Source: a virus
Reading direction: 5' to 3' (one strand)
DNA length: 64,000 nucleotides
IMG/VR virus record: IMGVR_UViG_3300015370_000011
Coordinates: 57,017-121,016 of that record
In this document: piece after piece, positions 9,812 through 19,968 of the stretch
Numbering within the stretch: the first letter of the stretch is position 1
How the letters are laid out: every line of letters starts with the position of its first letter
Notes under the pieces: model-generated
Databases searched by the model: none
Seen by the model: only the letters and a program-made list of their open reading frames with translations
What the model was told of the DNA's origin: nothing
Made by a program: the position numbers and the translations under genes

Positions 9812-10063
9812 ATGTTTTTGTACTATGATCGAATTTCTCAGGTCTTTACATTAGAAACAGAAGAGGAAGTCGTTTTCCTTGGACCAATAACACATGCACA
9901 GGTCAAATTACGAAATGAATATGGGTTAACCGCCTCTCAGGCCAGAGAGGCCGTATTACAGGCCATATTTAACATGGGGATGGAGGTAGACTTAGATGCC
10001 ATCAAACGAGTTGCAACAAGAGACAGTAGATTCTACTGTTGTGCAAATAGCAACGCAGAGTAA
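9812..10063 (+). CDS. Small hypothetical protein
   Basis: 83 aa with AGGGG RBS, in operon. Confidence 0.5.
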   Translation: MFLYYDRISQVFTLETEEEVVFLGPITHAQVKLRNEYGLTASQAREAVLQAIFNMGMEVDLDAIKRVATRDSRFYCCANSNAE

Positions 10064-10240
10064 ACAACCAAAAGGTGTGATCAATCCTCCTTGTAGATTA
10101 TCACATTTAGTAGTATTCGAAAATGATATCTGTCCGTTTTCTAATGAGAAAAGCTGCAAAACGTGCATTAGCACTCCAGATGATTTAATGTACATTATGC
10201 TGCTTAGTGAAATGACATCTCATTCGGTTGGAATAGCATA

Positions 10241-12748
10241 ATGCCTAAAAATTCTAAATTAATTATCCCTGGGGGATACGGGGATCCTCGTAAAATCGCG
10301 TCCGAAAACGCTTACGATGAAGGTGAAGATCGTATTTCTGTACGCGGATCTAGCCGACCCGTTATGTATCGCAACGCAGGATTTAGTAAGCGTGCAACAT
10401 CTGTAAGTTCTAGTACAGCTGCGGGGGTTGGGTTTGGTGGACAAAGCTCTGGAGCTATGTCGCAATCCCCATTATTCTATGATTATCGGTGGTCTACACC
10501 AGATAAATTTTACTTTCCTAGAAATAGAATAGTAGCAAATTCAATTTGGCGGGAAGTCTATAAACGAGATCCGGCGGTGGCAACAGCTACCGATATGTAT
10601 GCTGAACTGCCCTGGTCCGACTTTGATTTAATTGGAATTGATGATCCGAGTATTAGAAAAGTTTATGAGGATATGTTTAACTCTATCAACATAGTACCAA
10701 AACTTACCAACTATACTAGAGATTATATGATCACGGGAGAATTGATTCTCCATACGATATTCAACTACTCGAAGGGAATTTGGGAAAGAGTTATCCCACA
10801 CAATCCAGATTATATTGATGTAGAAGGTATAGGATTAGCAGTTGAGCAACCCCTATTGTGGTTGCGACCTACGCCAGAAATAAAGAAATTGGTCAATTCT
10901 GACGATCCTAGGATCAGACGACTACAAAAAGCCGTCCCCCAAGATATTATAAATGCCTTCAGGCAAAATAAAAAGATAGCATTAGATCCATTGAACACTA
11001 CGTATATTCCCAGACTTAATCTATCTACGGATATTCGAGGAATGTCTTTGTACACGAGACTGTATCGAGTTATCATGTATGAAGATTTTATTGTAAATGC
11101 ATCATTAGCTGTAGCACAAAGAAATGCCGCCCCGTTACGAATATTCAAACTTGGCGATCCGAATACGGGATGGTTGCCCGATGAGGAAGATGAAGCAGCA
11201 TTTGCTGAGATGCTATCAATAGCCGAGGCCGATCCACTTGCGGCGATTATTATGCATCAGCATGTATCTGCTGAATTAGTCGGTGTTTCAGATCGTGTTT
11301 TACTGATTTCCAAGGAATGGGATTTTATAGAGCGAGTCAAGCTATTAGCATTAGGTGTATCTAAAGCATTCCTCGTCGGGGAAACCTCCTTTGCGTGTTT
11401 CTGTGAGGGAACACAAGTAATTCAAAGGGATGGGACTCCAAAATATATTGAATTGGTAGAACCAGATGAAATAATCTTAGATCAATATGGAAAACCACAA
11501 AAAGTTATTGATAATTGGTGTGAAGGTATTCCTGATGAATTATTAGAAGTCACAGTATGGGGCGGGAGGAAATTTAGAGTAACACCTAATCACCGGTTTC
11601 CAGCATGGATGTGGCCAACAGAATGTACTTGTGGGTGTGGGGAAAAAATTAAACATGCTGGACGTGCCTTTTCTCAGCAAAAACACGCAGCAAAAATGTC
11701 GAGACATCATTATAAATCAGTAGAATGTCCTGCTATGGTACATCATGGTAGGCACAAAATTACAACATTACCAGAAGGATATAATCCAGATCGCTCTGTA
11801 GAAGCTAGGGAATTGCGAAAAGGAGATTTTCTAAAAATTCCAAGAACTCATATTATTTGGTCTGAAAAACTTGAAGCAACAGTACATGGATGTTCTGTTT
11901 GGTGTGATGATAACTTTATGTACGTTCCTATTAAATCTGTTAAAATAGTGCCAAATAATAAACCCGTTTATAATTTAGAAGTTGAAAACACACATACATA
12001 TCTAATTTGTGATGGTCTAGCTACACATAATTCTGCTGTTGCTGGGATGCAGTCATTATTGGAACGTCTGGCTAATCTAAGAAACAAATTAGAGAAAGAT
12101 TGGATTATTAAAAAGCTGTGTGCACCAATTGCTGAGATACACGAGTTTTATAAGCGTCCAGAATCTGAACTCGCCCACAGACTACGAATAAAGAAACCAG
12201 ATAAACTAGAAATTATTGTTCCAAAATTGAAGTGGCACAAAATATTAGAACCCACGCAGGATACAGCAATATTAAATATTTGGGACAAATTAAAGGAACG
12301 CGGGCTAGTATCTGAGAGATCTTTGGTTAGCGGTGCTGGACTAGATGTCGATGCAGAACGCAAGAATATTCTGGAAGAGAAAAAATACAAAGAAGAACAT
12401 CCAGAAGTGTATGGTATACCTGGGCAACCTAAACCTGGGATGCCTGGAGCGCCGGGAGTACCGGGGCTTCCGGGGGCACTCCCAGGGGCGCTTCCTGGTG
12501 CACCCCCAAGGCCCCCGATGCCAGCATCAAAAAGAGCGAGTGCTGGGAATCCTTATGTGATTTCAGCATCCGTGCAAGAGGATATTCAGTATAGACTTGA
12601 TGAATTTATTGGTTCTGATAACAAGGTAGATATGGATGATGTAATTGAAGTAATCTCAGATGTAAAAGATGAAGCAGATCGTATGCATAAAGCGGAAACA
12701 CTATTGCCACTAGCCACGAATTCTCTCCTTTCTGGGTATGAAAAATAA
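10241..12748 (+). CDS. Portal protein, intein-containing
   Basis: Lies between terminase and protease. RGMSLYTRLYR..YEDF..ASLAVAQRNAAPLRIFKLG resembles portal stem/clip. Pro/Gly-rich C-tail. Confidence 0.85.
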   Translation: MPKNSKLIIPGGYGDPRKIASENAYDEGEDRISVRGSSRPVMYRNAGFSKRATSVSSSTAAGVGFGGQSSGAMSQSPLFYDYRWSTPDKFYFPRNRIVANSIWREVYKRDPAVATATDMYAELPWSDFDLIGIDDPSIRKVYEDMFNSINIVPKLTNYTRDYMITGELILHTIFNYSKGIWERVIPHNPDYIDVEGIGLAVEQPLLWLRPTPEIKKLVNSDDPRIRRLQKAVPQDIINAFRQNKKIALDPLNTTYIPRLNLSTDIRGMSLYTRLYRVIMYEDFIVNASLAVAQRNAAPLRIFKLGDPNTGWLPDEEDEAAFAEMLSIAEADPLAAIIMHQHVSAELVGVSDRVLLISKEWDFIERVKLLALGVSKAFLVGETSFACFCEGTQVIQRDGTPKYIELVEPDEIILDQYGKPQKVIDNWCEGIPDELLEVTVWGGRKFRVTPNHRFPAWMWPTECTCGCGEKIKHAGRAFSQQKHAAKMSRHHYKSVECPAMVHHGRHKITTLPEGYNPDRSVEARELRKGDFLKIPRTHIIWSEKLEATVHGCSVWCDDNFMYVPIKSVKIVPNNKPVYNLEVENTHTYLICDGLATHNSAVAGMQSLLERLANLRNKLEKDWIIKKLCAPIAEIHEFYKRPESELAHRLRIKKPDKLEIIVPKLKWHKILEPTQDTAILNIWDKLKERGLVSERSLVSGAGLDVDAERKNILEEKKYKEEHPEVYGIPGQPKPGMPGAPGVPGLPGALPGALPGAPPRPPMPASKRASAGNPYVISASVQEDIQYRLDEFIGSDNKVDMDDVIEVISDVKDEADRMHKAETLLPLATNSLLSGYEK
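11396..12031 (+). mobile_element. Mini-intein (212 aa) in the portal gene
   Basis: Block A CFCEGTQV, block B VTPNHRF, block F PVYNLEVENTHTY, block G ATHN followed by Ser(+1). No LAGLIDADG motifs. Confidence 0.93.
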
Positions 12749-12803
12749 AAATAGCAGCATTATACTAATGTTCTTGTAGTATGATCATGGTGGGAGAAAC
12801 TAC

Positions 12804-13328
12804 ATGCCTTTGAAGAACCAAGTTGAAGAAATCTACATGCATTGTTCTGCATCTCCTTGGGGAGATGCCATGGTTTTTGATAATTGGCATAAGCAGCGTG
12901 GTTGGACGGGTATTGGATATCACTTTGTTATTTTAAACGGGAGACCCAAGGCGGATGTAAGGTATTGGGCGTTCCTGGATGGGCAGATTCAACCTGGAAG
13001 GCATTTGAACGATGATGCTATCTTTTCTGATGCGGAAATGGGCGCACACGTTGCGGGTCGAAACAGTAAAAGCATTGGATTTTGTCTTGTTGGTAATAGA
13101 GAATTTACTGAAAAGCAACTGGTTTCTGCAAAAGTAATAAGTTTAGCTCTTTTGAAACATTTCAATCTTCCGGTGTCTGCTTTGAAGGGGCATTATGAAG
13201 ATATTAACTCTGGTAAAACATGCCCTAATATAGAGATGAATGCTTTTAGGGATTTTGTATCTGATAAAATTGACATGTACGCATTGTACGCTGCTATTGA
13301 TAAATACATTGAGGAATTCGTTATATGA
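12804..13328 (+). CDS. N-acetylmuramoyl-L-alanine amidase (T7-lysozyme/Amidase_2-type endolysin)
   Basis: MHCSA, WHKQRGW.GIGYH, GAHVAG.N..SIG.C, KGH, KTCP zinc-site motifs. Confidence 0.92.
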   Translation: MPLKNQVEEIYMHCSASPWGDAMVFDNWHKQRGWTGIGYHFVILNGRPKADVRYWAFLDGQIQPGRHLNDDAIFSDAEMGAHVAGRNSKSIGFCLVGNREFTEKQLVSAKVISLALLKHFNLPVSALKGHYEDINSGKTCPNIEMNAFRDFVSDKIDMYALYAAIDKYIEEFVI

Positions 13329-13972
13329 ACGGATTATTCTATAAATTTTTTGATGAGGTAGTCAAAAAGCGTTTCCCCAATGCAAAAATAGTATGTAAGT
13401 ACAATAGCCTTCTGATGCGGATTATTGCTGTACTTATATGGCCATTCAATAAACGATTCTTGACTAACTACACAACTATTATAGGGCAGACATTTTACTT
13501 TCCAAACTCTGATTTTTCAAATAAGCAGATCGTTGGAACACTTGCACATGAATATGTACATTTAGTAGACAGGGAATCAGCCGGTGTTGGTGTATTTGAG
13601 ATAAAATATTTATTTCCTCAGATATTAGCTAGCTTGAGTCTATTGTCTGTTTTAGCAATTTTTTCTTCGTGGTTCTTTCTCTTTCTTATCTTCTTGGTGT
13701 TCTTGGCTCCGTGGCCTGCTGTGTTTAGACAAAATATAGAAGCTAATGGTTACGCAATGAGTATGCATTTTTGGAGAATAGCTTACGGAGATACGTTTGT
13801 AGAAGATGATTGGTTAAGGATATATACAGAGACACTAACAGGATCAGCATACTATTTTCCGTCATGGAATAAGAACAAGATGAAATCAAAAATAAAAAAT
13901 AGATTCGATTTTCTTTTATTAGATCCTGCTTTTGATGCTGTGTGCGTGTGGCTAACTAAGGAGTTCAAGTGA
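13325..13972 (+). CDS. HExxH zincin-like membrane protein
   Basis: LAHEYVH with downstream EANGY; long hydrophobic segment in between. Confidence 0.6.
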   Translation: MNGLFYKFFDEVVKKRFPNAKIVCKYNSLLMRIIAVLIWPFNKRFLTNYTTIIGQTFYFPNSDFSNKQIVGTLAHEYVHLVDRESAGVGVFEIKYLFPQILASLSLLSVLAIFSSWFFLFLIFLVFLAPWPAVFRQNIEANGYAMSMHFWRIAYGDTFVEDDWLRIYTETLTGSAYYFPSWNKNKMKSKIKNRFDFLLLDPAFDAVCVWLTKEFK

Positions 13973-14745
13973 ATATAACTAGACCATTATCACTTTCTCC
14001 AAGTAAGGTCGATACCTTTAACGGGTGTCCTCGCCTCTTTAAATATAAATACATAAAACCTCCGATACCTGTTGTTGAAAATAAATATTTTTTGATTGGG
14101 AATATTGCACACAAAGCATTAGAAATGTTTCATACGATAGAGCTTAACGGGAACATGTCTGTTATTATGAAGGATTGTTTCAAATCTGCAATAGAAAAGC
14201 ATCATGCAGATGAGAAGATAAAAAAAGGAATAATAGTAAAAGACGATTTATACCTGATAAGAGACATGCTCAAGAAGTATATCCAATACATTCAAAAAAC
14301 AGGCGCTCCATTAGTTATGCAATGTGAAAAGCTAATAAAGATCCCTCTGAGTAAAAATGTTGTGATTTGGATGAAGGCGGATAGACTAGACAAGGAAGGA
14401 ACAGTATACAAGGTAATTGATTATAAGACTTCTGCGCGTCCTGCAACACGAAAAGAAGAGTTAGCCTCCGTTCAGATACCTACATATGGATTGTGGGTAC
14501 GACAGGCATATGGTAAGGATGCACTAGTATATGGAGAATATCAATATTTACGGCATATAGATAAAAAAGGAATTCATACGTTTGAAGTTACAGACGAAAT
14601 GATGGAATCAGCAAAAGAAGAATATGAACGAATTGCTGATAAACTACTATCTGGGTGTTTATACATTCAAAATTTTAAGTATAAGTATTGCAGGAACTGC
14701 GATTTTAGATCTTACTGCGTGGAGGACGAATCCGATGGTCTTTAG
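13969..14745 (+). CDS. PD-(D/E)XK nuclease, RecB/Cas4-like, with probable Fe-S cluster
   Basis: LSPS....GCP, GNIAH, ADRLD, IDYKT, QIPTY, C-terminal CRNC.....C. Confidence 0.88.
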   Translation: MNITRPLSLSPSKVDTFNGCPRLFKYKYIKPPIPVVENKYFLIGNIAHKALEMFHTIELNGNMSVIMKDCFKSAIEKHHADEKIKKGIIVKDDLYLIRDMLKKYIQYIQKTGAPLVMQCEKLIKIPLSKNVVIWMKADRLDKEGTVYKVIDYKTSARPATRKEELASVQIPTYGLWVRQAYGKDALVYGEYQYLRHIDKKGIHTFEVTDEMMESAKEEYERIADKLLSGCLYIQNFKYKYCRNCDFRSYCVEDESDGL

Positions 14746-14899
14746 AAAAACAGGTACCCCTACTGAAACAAAAACAATTTACTGCAAGTGCGGAGAAGCA
14801 TTGGTTTCTTCCGTTTGTCCGAAGTGCAACAAATCTAGAGTTTCTGAAAAAGAAGACGAAAAAGAAGAAAAAGATCTTACAAAGCCAGAAGTTAAATAA
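14735..14899 (+). CDS. Small Zn-ribbon protein
   Basis: GGAGG RBS at 14721; YCKCG...VCPKC. Confidence 0.55.
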   Translation: MVFRKTGTPTETKTIYCKCGEALVSSVCPKCNKSRVSEKEDEKEEKDLTKPEVK

Positions 14900-14953
14900 T
14901 TAGAAAGTATTACGCTTATCATTGTTCTCCAGAGATTGATTTGGAGGACAGCG

Positions 14954-15841
14954 ATGCCTTTTTACAAGACCGCCGGGGCACCACTTCTTGGTGTCTATCA
15001 AAGTTCCAAAAGATTTTCCAAGGTTGCTGCACAGTACGCGGATATAAAGCCTGAAGAAGATCAGGTAATCAAGCAGGCTATAAATTTACTATCTAAAGAT
15101 GTTCTGAAGGCTATTGCTAGCGTTTATGATTTATCTGATAATATTGATGATTATATCTTTCCGGTACCGCGCGCTGTAACTGCTGACATTCCAAACAATA
15201 ACGCTGATCGATTCTCTCATGATGAATTGACCAGATTCTCTCCAGATCATAGATGTTTGGTTTTTCAAACATTCATCAATGACCCACTGCATATTGAGCA
15301 TGTTGCACACGATCCGAAGGCCGCTCGGGGGTATTTACCAGATGCTCATTATATTACTAGTAATCCTAAAGATCGGTATGTGCTTACTGTAACTGCGATG
15401 GATACTACCAAGGATATTCCTTTAGCTAATGGTCTATTATCTGGAGAGATTAATAAATTCTCTATGGGATGCATTTGTGATTCTGTAAAGTGCAGCTATA
15501 GTAAATGTGGTAAGATCGCATATTCTGATCGAGATTTGTGTGAACATTTGCAATTTTATAAGATGTCATTTCTCGATAATGAATTAGTTTATGAAGACTG
15601 TATGGGTGTTGAATATCAGGAACTCTCAGTAGTTGGAAATCCCGCCGATCCCAAAGCGGAAACCCAAGCAATTCTAAAATATGCAACAAGAAAAGCGCAA
15701 TCAGGACAAATTACAGCGAGTTTTAATATCATATCAAATCTTGTTTCGGAAAAAGATGCGTATGAAGTAGCACGCTATTTTCAATTGAATGCTAACAAAT
15801 TACCTGAAGCTTTGTTAAGATTAGCAGACAAATTGTTCTAG
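14954..15841 (+). CDS. Prohead (capsid maturation) protease
   Basis: N.DRF..EL, HIEH, FSMGC with a Cys-rich insert, and ELSVVGNPADP typical of HK97/assemblin-like phage proteases. GGAGG RBS. Confidence 0.82.
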   Translation: MPFYKTAGAPLLGVYQSSKRFSKVAAQYADIKPEEDQVIKQAINLLSKDVLKAIASVYDLSDNIDDYIFPVPRAVTADIPNNNADRFSHDELTRFSPDHRCLVFQTFINDPLHIEHVAHDPKAARGYLPDAHYITSNPKDRYVLTVTAMDTTKDIPLANGLLSGEINKFSMGCICDSVKCSYSKCGKIAYSDRDLCEHLQFYKMSFLDNELVYEDCMGVEYQELSVVGNPADPKAETQAILKYATRKAQSGQITASFNIISNLVSEKDAYEVARYFQLNANKLPEALLRLADKLF

Positions 15842-15908
15842 TCAAAAATCCAACGATAGTTTAATGCTTGTGAAGATAAACTATAAAATCAGTTAAAGGA
15901 GCATCGAA

Positions 15909-17468
15909 ATGGACGGGATTCGAAAAAAGGTTTCTAAGAAGACTTCTGGGTTTATCAAAAAGGCCCAGCAGGCTCCTGCACCACAGGTTCAACCAGCGCT
16001 CCCAAAAATGGTTGATCCTGGGGCTCCCGGAGTTCCGGGAGGCGCACCGCCGCCTCCAAAGGCTCCCGGTGGCGCTCCCATGCCACCGCCGCCCCCAAAG
16101 CCGGCAGAGGAAGTAGAAAAGAAAGAGGAAAGAGCATTAACGAAACTGACTGAACAATTCACGCAATTAGAAGAAAAAGTGGATACGATTGCGGATACGT
16201 TAGTCGAGTTGAAAGATTCTCTTATTGGGGACGGTAAGAAAGACAAGTATAAGGAACTACAAGATAGATCAGAAACGGTTAAAAAGCCCACTTCTGAAGA
16301 ATTTGGTCTAGACAAAGACTCGTTAGTTGGCACGGAGGATGAAATGCCGAAATCTGCTGAGGACTTGCGTGTTGCGCGGAAGCGTAGAATTGCTGAGGAA
16401 CTAGAGTTTCATGAGCATAATCCACCGAATAAAAAGTATAAGCAGCAGGTTCCTGCTCCGCAAGTTACGAAACTGAAGGATGCCCCCGAAGATTGGGGAC
16501 AGTACCGCCTGGCTTCGTTAGCACTGGATTTGTCCGCGTCCCAGAAGGAATGGTCCCTGGTGAATACAGATACTGGAGAGGTGTATTACAAGCTTTCTGC
16601 GTGTGAAACCTCGCCAGAAAACTTCGCTACTGAAGATTTTGCTCAGGAAATTATCAAGGATATGAAAGAAATTGGTGTCGAGGCTGCTATGCAGAAGCAT
16701 GGTGCCTTCCCGTTCGAGAAGGACGAGGATATGCCTGTTGATATGCCGGGCAGAGACAAGAAGCCATTAGATCTAAAGAAGGATAAGAAGCCTTTTGGGG
16801 ATAAGGTAGATAAAAAGCCTTTCGGAGACAAGCTAGATAAGAAGCCAATGAAACCGTCGATGAAGCCTCCGATGAAACCACTAATGAAGAAAGTAGAAGT
16901 ACCCGGAGAAGAAGACGAGCTTGAAAAAGAATCAGCGAGTGATGATCCAGTTGAGCAGGTTTTTGCTGCCGAACAGATTGTTACGGCTACCCAAGAGATT
17001 ACTGCGTCTGATTACCATCGTAGATTCCTGCGGGCATTTAGGCTAGCGCTAAGTGCACAGCAAAAGAATCTAGTCAGTAATCCGTTGAAGGCCTCTTTCT
17101 ATGATGTACTCGCTGATCTTGGGATTGAGAATCCTCAAATGATTATAGAATCAGCGTTTGCTCGCGCATCCGATGATCATTTCGAAGTTACTCTATCGAA
17201 GACAGAAGAGTACTTGGATATGAGCGATGAGGCGTTGATTGAGACAGAGGCTATGGTCGGTGGGATAGATGTGGTTGTCCCGCAGCAGAGAGAAGCTTCA
17301 TTTGTTGAGTCTGAAAACCCTAGGATCGAAGCGCTGAAGCTCAGGGCGCGACAGTCATCCTTGGCCTTATCAACGGCCACGGATACGGATCCTACAGATA
17401 GATTCTCTGAACTAGCTAATGCGCTGCCACGACCTAAGTTGGCGGGTGTTAGCAAATTCAAGGTGTAA
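15909..17468 (+). CDS. Scaffolding/internal head protein
   Basis: Lies between protease and capsid genes; Pro-rich N-terminus, coiled coil, low-complexity K/D/P repeats. Confidence 0.65.
   Translation: MDGIRKKVSKKTSGFIKKAQQAPAPQVQPALPKMVDPGAPGVPGGAPPPPKAPGGAPMPPPPPKPAEEVEKKEERALTKLTEQFTQLEEKVDTIADTLVELKDSLIGDGKKDKYKELQDRSETVKKPTSEEFGLDKDSLVGTEDEMPKSAEDLRVARKRRIAEELEFHEHNPPNKKYKQQVPAPQVTKLKDAPEDWGQYRLASLALDLSASQKEWSLVNTDTGEVYYKLSACETSPENFATEDFAQEIIKDMKEIGVEAAMQKHGAFPFEKDEDMPVDMPGRDKKPLDLKKDKKPFGDKVDKKPFGDKLDKKPMKPSMKPPMKPLMKKVEVPGEEDELEKESASDDPVEQVFAAEQIVTATQEITASDYHRRFLRAFRLALSAQQKNLVSNPLKASFYDVLADLGIENPQMIIESAFARASDDHFEVTLSKTEEYLDMSDEALIETEAMVGGIDVVVPQQREASFVESENPRIEALKLRARQSSLALSTATDTDPTDRFSELANALPRPKLAGVSKFKV
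16755..16891 (+). repeat. Tandem DKKPF/MKP peptide repeats in the scaffold
   Basis: DKKPLDLKKDKKPFGDKVDKKPFGDKLDKKPMKPSMKPPMKPLMKK. Confidence 0.8.
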
Positions 17469-17518
17469 AAAGATTGGTCATACCAGTGGAAAAACCTTTG
17501 GTTGAGTAGGAGAACGCA

Positions 17519-18235
17519 ATGTTAGACAAGAAAAGAGGATACGCCTATCACCGGCCGTTTTGGGCGGTGGATACTAACGTAAACATTCAGGCTGGCATGA
17601 TTGCCTTCCTGACTAGCGTAGGTGGTGTTGTCACTGCCACAACGGCTGCTTCTGGGACTGTGCCCATTGGCACTTTCTGGAAGGATCGGGCGAATAGCTT
17701 TATCCGATCCACCAAGGAAAATGGCACGTTTGATGCCAACAACATAATCACCTTATCGAAAGGCAACATTCTGAGTACTGCGTTTGTACGTGTTACAAAT
17801 GCAGCCGAAACCACGGTGTACACCCAGGGTGTGGACTACACCATCACAACCGCTAACGGTATAGTTACTCGCTTGCCGGGTGGTGCGATTGCTGCCGGTG
17901 CTGTGGTTGTTGTCACATACCGGTACAGTGTAAGTTCCACCCAAGTATATTGGGATAATGTATCTACCAAGTGGAGTACTGGTTACAACTATGATCGGCA
18001 GAATGATGATACGCTAGGCAGTAGCAAGATTACCATCGCGGCTAGCGACGCCATTCTATTTACCGATCAGTATGATGTCAATCACACATATACCTTGAAT
18101 GCGCCACTGTATTCGGATGCTAACTCTCTATGGACTAACGTAGCGGGTTATACTAGCGTTTGTGGTCGGGTAGTGAGTGTCCCTACCGCGAGTGATCCAT
18201 TTCTGGGTGTGCAACAGATAATGGTAGCGATGTAA
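17519..18235 (+). CDS. Head decoration/cement protein with Ig-like insertion
   Basis: Immediately upstream of the major capsid gene; SKIT..FTDQYD....Y..NAPLY.....W..CG.V...P C-terminus; YTQGVDYT..G...GAVVVVTY insert. Confidence 0.7.
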   Translation: MLDKKRGYAYHRPFWAVDTNVNIQAGMIAFLTSVGGVVTATTAASGTVPIGTFWKDRANSFIRSTKENGTFDANNIITLSKGNILSTAFVRVTNAAETTVYTQGVDYTITTANGIVTRLPGGAIAAGAVVVVTYRYSVSSTQVYWDNVSTKWSTGYNYDRQNDDTLGSSKITIAASDAILFTDQYDVNHTYTLNAPLYSDANSLWTNVAGYTSVCGRVVSVPTASDPFLGVQQIMVAM

Positions 18236-18280
18236 CAAAGGGTTGATTTAGCTCTCGATTCGAGACAAAGGAGGATGCTA

Positions 18281-19408
18281 ATGCCAAGAATTAATCCGTA
18301 TGCGAAAACCAGTACAGTGCTGGATCGCAAGACCAAGGCCCCGTTCAATCCAGTGGCGGTTGGTCGTGTTGGTAGGTCCGGGCGTAGGCCAGTGTCAACA
18401 GTAGACAAGATGTTCAACGAATCTGGTGAAATCAATGCCGGTACAAAAGCGGAAGTGCTGGATAAGATCTCAGCGCTTTTGGACGGTCTGGCTGATGGAA
18501 CCTATGAAGTTGAACGCACCGCCTCAATCGGCGGGGGGTACGGCCTGGAAGAGTCTGAGGGCATCCTTCGCGAAGCTTTTGCCGATCCTACTGGGGAATC
18601 GTTCAATAAGATCGGCCAGGGCTTGCTAAATCCAATCAAGGAAGTCATTGATTACGAGGGACTGGCTAGAAAGATATTCGCGCCAAGAACCGTAAAAGCC
18701 GGTGAGATCGTCCGCTACGACAAAGACGTGTATGTTCAGGGCTGGGTCATCGCTGAAGATGGCCAAACCCCACAGTCTGTTGTCGAAGGTCGATACATCT
18801 ATCCGCCTGAGTTCGAGATAACTGCTTATCCGTCGATTGAGATCAAGGATAAGTTCCGGGCGCAGTATGACATCCTTGCCAGAACCCAAGACCGTGCTCG
18901 CATGGCTATTGAGTATCAGGAAGACTTGGCGGCTGTTAGTCTATTGCAGGCTGGTGGCAACCAAACCAACATCTCCACCGTGTTTGCAACCCTGAACCTG
19001 GCGGCACTAGAGTCACTGCGTTATCAGATTGAACGGCATCGTTTGATCTGTGATAAGTATGTTATTCATCGTCAGGAAGTATCTGACCTAGTGAATACTG
19101 TGTCAACACAGGTTGACCCGGTAACCCAACGCGAATTGATCATGGCTGGGTACATTGGGTCAATCCTGAATAGCATGATTATCACTACTGCTGGTACAAA
19201 CACCTTTGAAATTCTGCAGCCCGGTAGCGTTCTTGCTATAGCCGCTCCTGAATACCTCGGCGGTATGCCTGTCCGTGTCGAGTTGTTCTCTGAGCCGGTG
19301 AATGAATTTATGGAAGGCCGTCCGCGTCAGGGATGGTTCTGGTATGAGCTAATCAGCCAGGTTCTAGCTAACCCGGCTGGCGTTGCGCTCGGCCAGAAGA
19401 CTTCGTAA
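18281..19408 (+). CDS. Major capsid protein (HK97 fold inferred)
   Basis: Position, about 375 aa, PIKEVIDYEGLARK, PPEFEI.AYP.I, IEYQED, GWFWYELI; GGAGG RBS; followed by a strong hairpin. Confidence 0.85.
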   Translation: MPRINPYAKTSTVLDRKTKAPFNPVAVGRVGRSGRRPVSTVDKMFNESGEINAGTKAEVLDKISALLDGLADGTYEVERTASIGGGYGLEESEGILREAFADPTGESFNKIGQGLLNPIKEVIDYEGLARKIFAPRTVKAGEIVRYDKDVYVQGWVIAEDGQTPQSVVEGRYIYPPEFEITAYPSIEIKDKFRAQYDILARTQDRARMAIEYQEDLAAVSLLQAGGNQTNISTVFATLNLAALESLRYQIERHRLICDKYVIHRQEVSDLVNTVSTQVDPVTQRELIMAGYIGSILNSMIITTAGTNTFEILQPGSVLAIAAPEYLGGMPVRVELFSEPVNEFMEGRPRQGWFWYELISQVLANPAGVALGQKTS

Positions 19409-19415
19409 TTTGGTC

Positions 19416-19456
19416 AGTTGGGGGCGGGATGGCCGCCCCCAACTGCTTCTATTTTT
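19416..19456 (+). terminator. Stem-loop/terminator after the capsid gene
   Basis: 12-bp stem AGTTGGGGGCGG/CCGCCCCCAACT, then a T-rich tract after a short gap. Confidence 0.7.
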
Positions 19457-19488
19457 TACCTGACAAGTGTTAGGAAAAGGAGGATCGA

Positions 19489-19968
19489 ATGCCTGCTAAG
19501 AAGTTGGATAAGGGTGCTGTTTGCCGCGAATTGGATTTTGCGGCAGAGAAACTTGAAAGATTGGGCTTTACGGATCTGTCTCAAAAAGTTGACTACTACA
19601 GTGATAAGATTCGGGCAGCCAAAGACGAAGACATACCGAGTATATATAGAGCCCTGTCCCGGATACAAAAAGAGCATGATCGTAGAACGGTTTCTGATCC
19701 GAGTGCTTTGAAGGCTAAACACGCGACGGAAAGAGCACGTAGGGAACCTGACAAACGTGGATTGCTGATCGCTAGAAAGCTCAGAGAAAAAGATGCTGAG
19801 CTAAAGAAGGCGCATCAGGAGATTGAAAAACTGAAAAAACTAGTATCGATTGCTCGTAAGGTCGCTTTGCAGCGTATGCAAAGTAAGGAAGACCCAGAAA
19901 AAACAGCATCGGAACGCGCTAGCGCTAGAAAGGCTAGAATACAAGCTATTTTGAGGGACAAAAAGTAG
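19489..19968 (+). CDS. Highly basic helical protein, possibly head-internal or DNA-binding
   Basis: AGGAGG RBS; K/R-rich; ELDFAAEKLERLGF.DLSQKVD helix pair. Confidence 0.6.
   Translation: MPAKKLDKGAVCRELDFAAEKLERLGFTDLSQKVDYYSDKIRAAKDEDIPSIYRALSRIQKEHDRRTVSDPSALKAKHATERARREPDKRGLLIARKLREKDAELKKAHQEIEKLKKLVSIARKVALQRMQSKEDPEKTASERASARKARIQAILRDKK

Noticed and set aside
19418-19722. ORFs 19418-19711 (+) and 19456-19722 (-)
   Set aside because: The first starts inside the terminator hairpin, and both overlap the RBS-supported gene at 19489.
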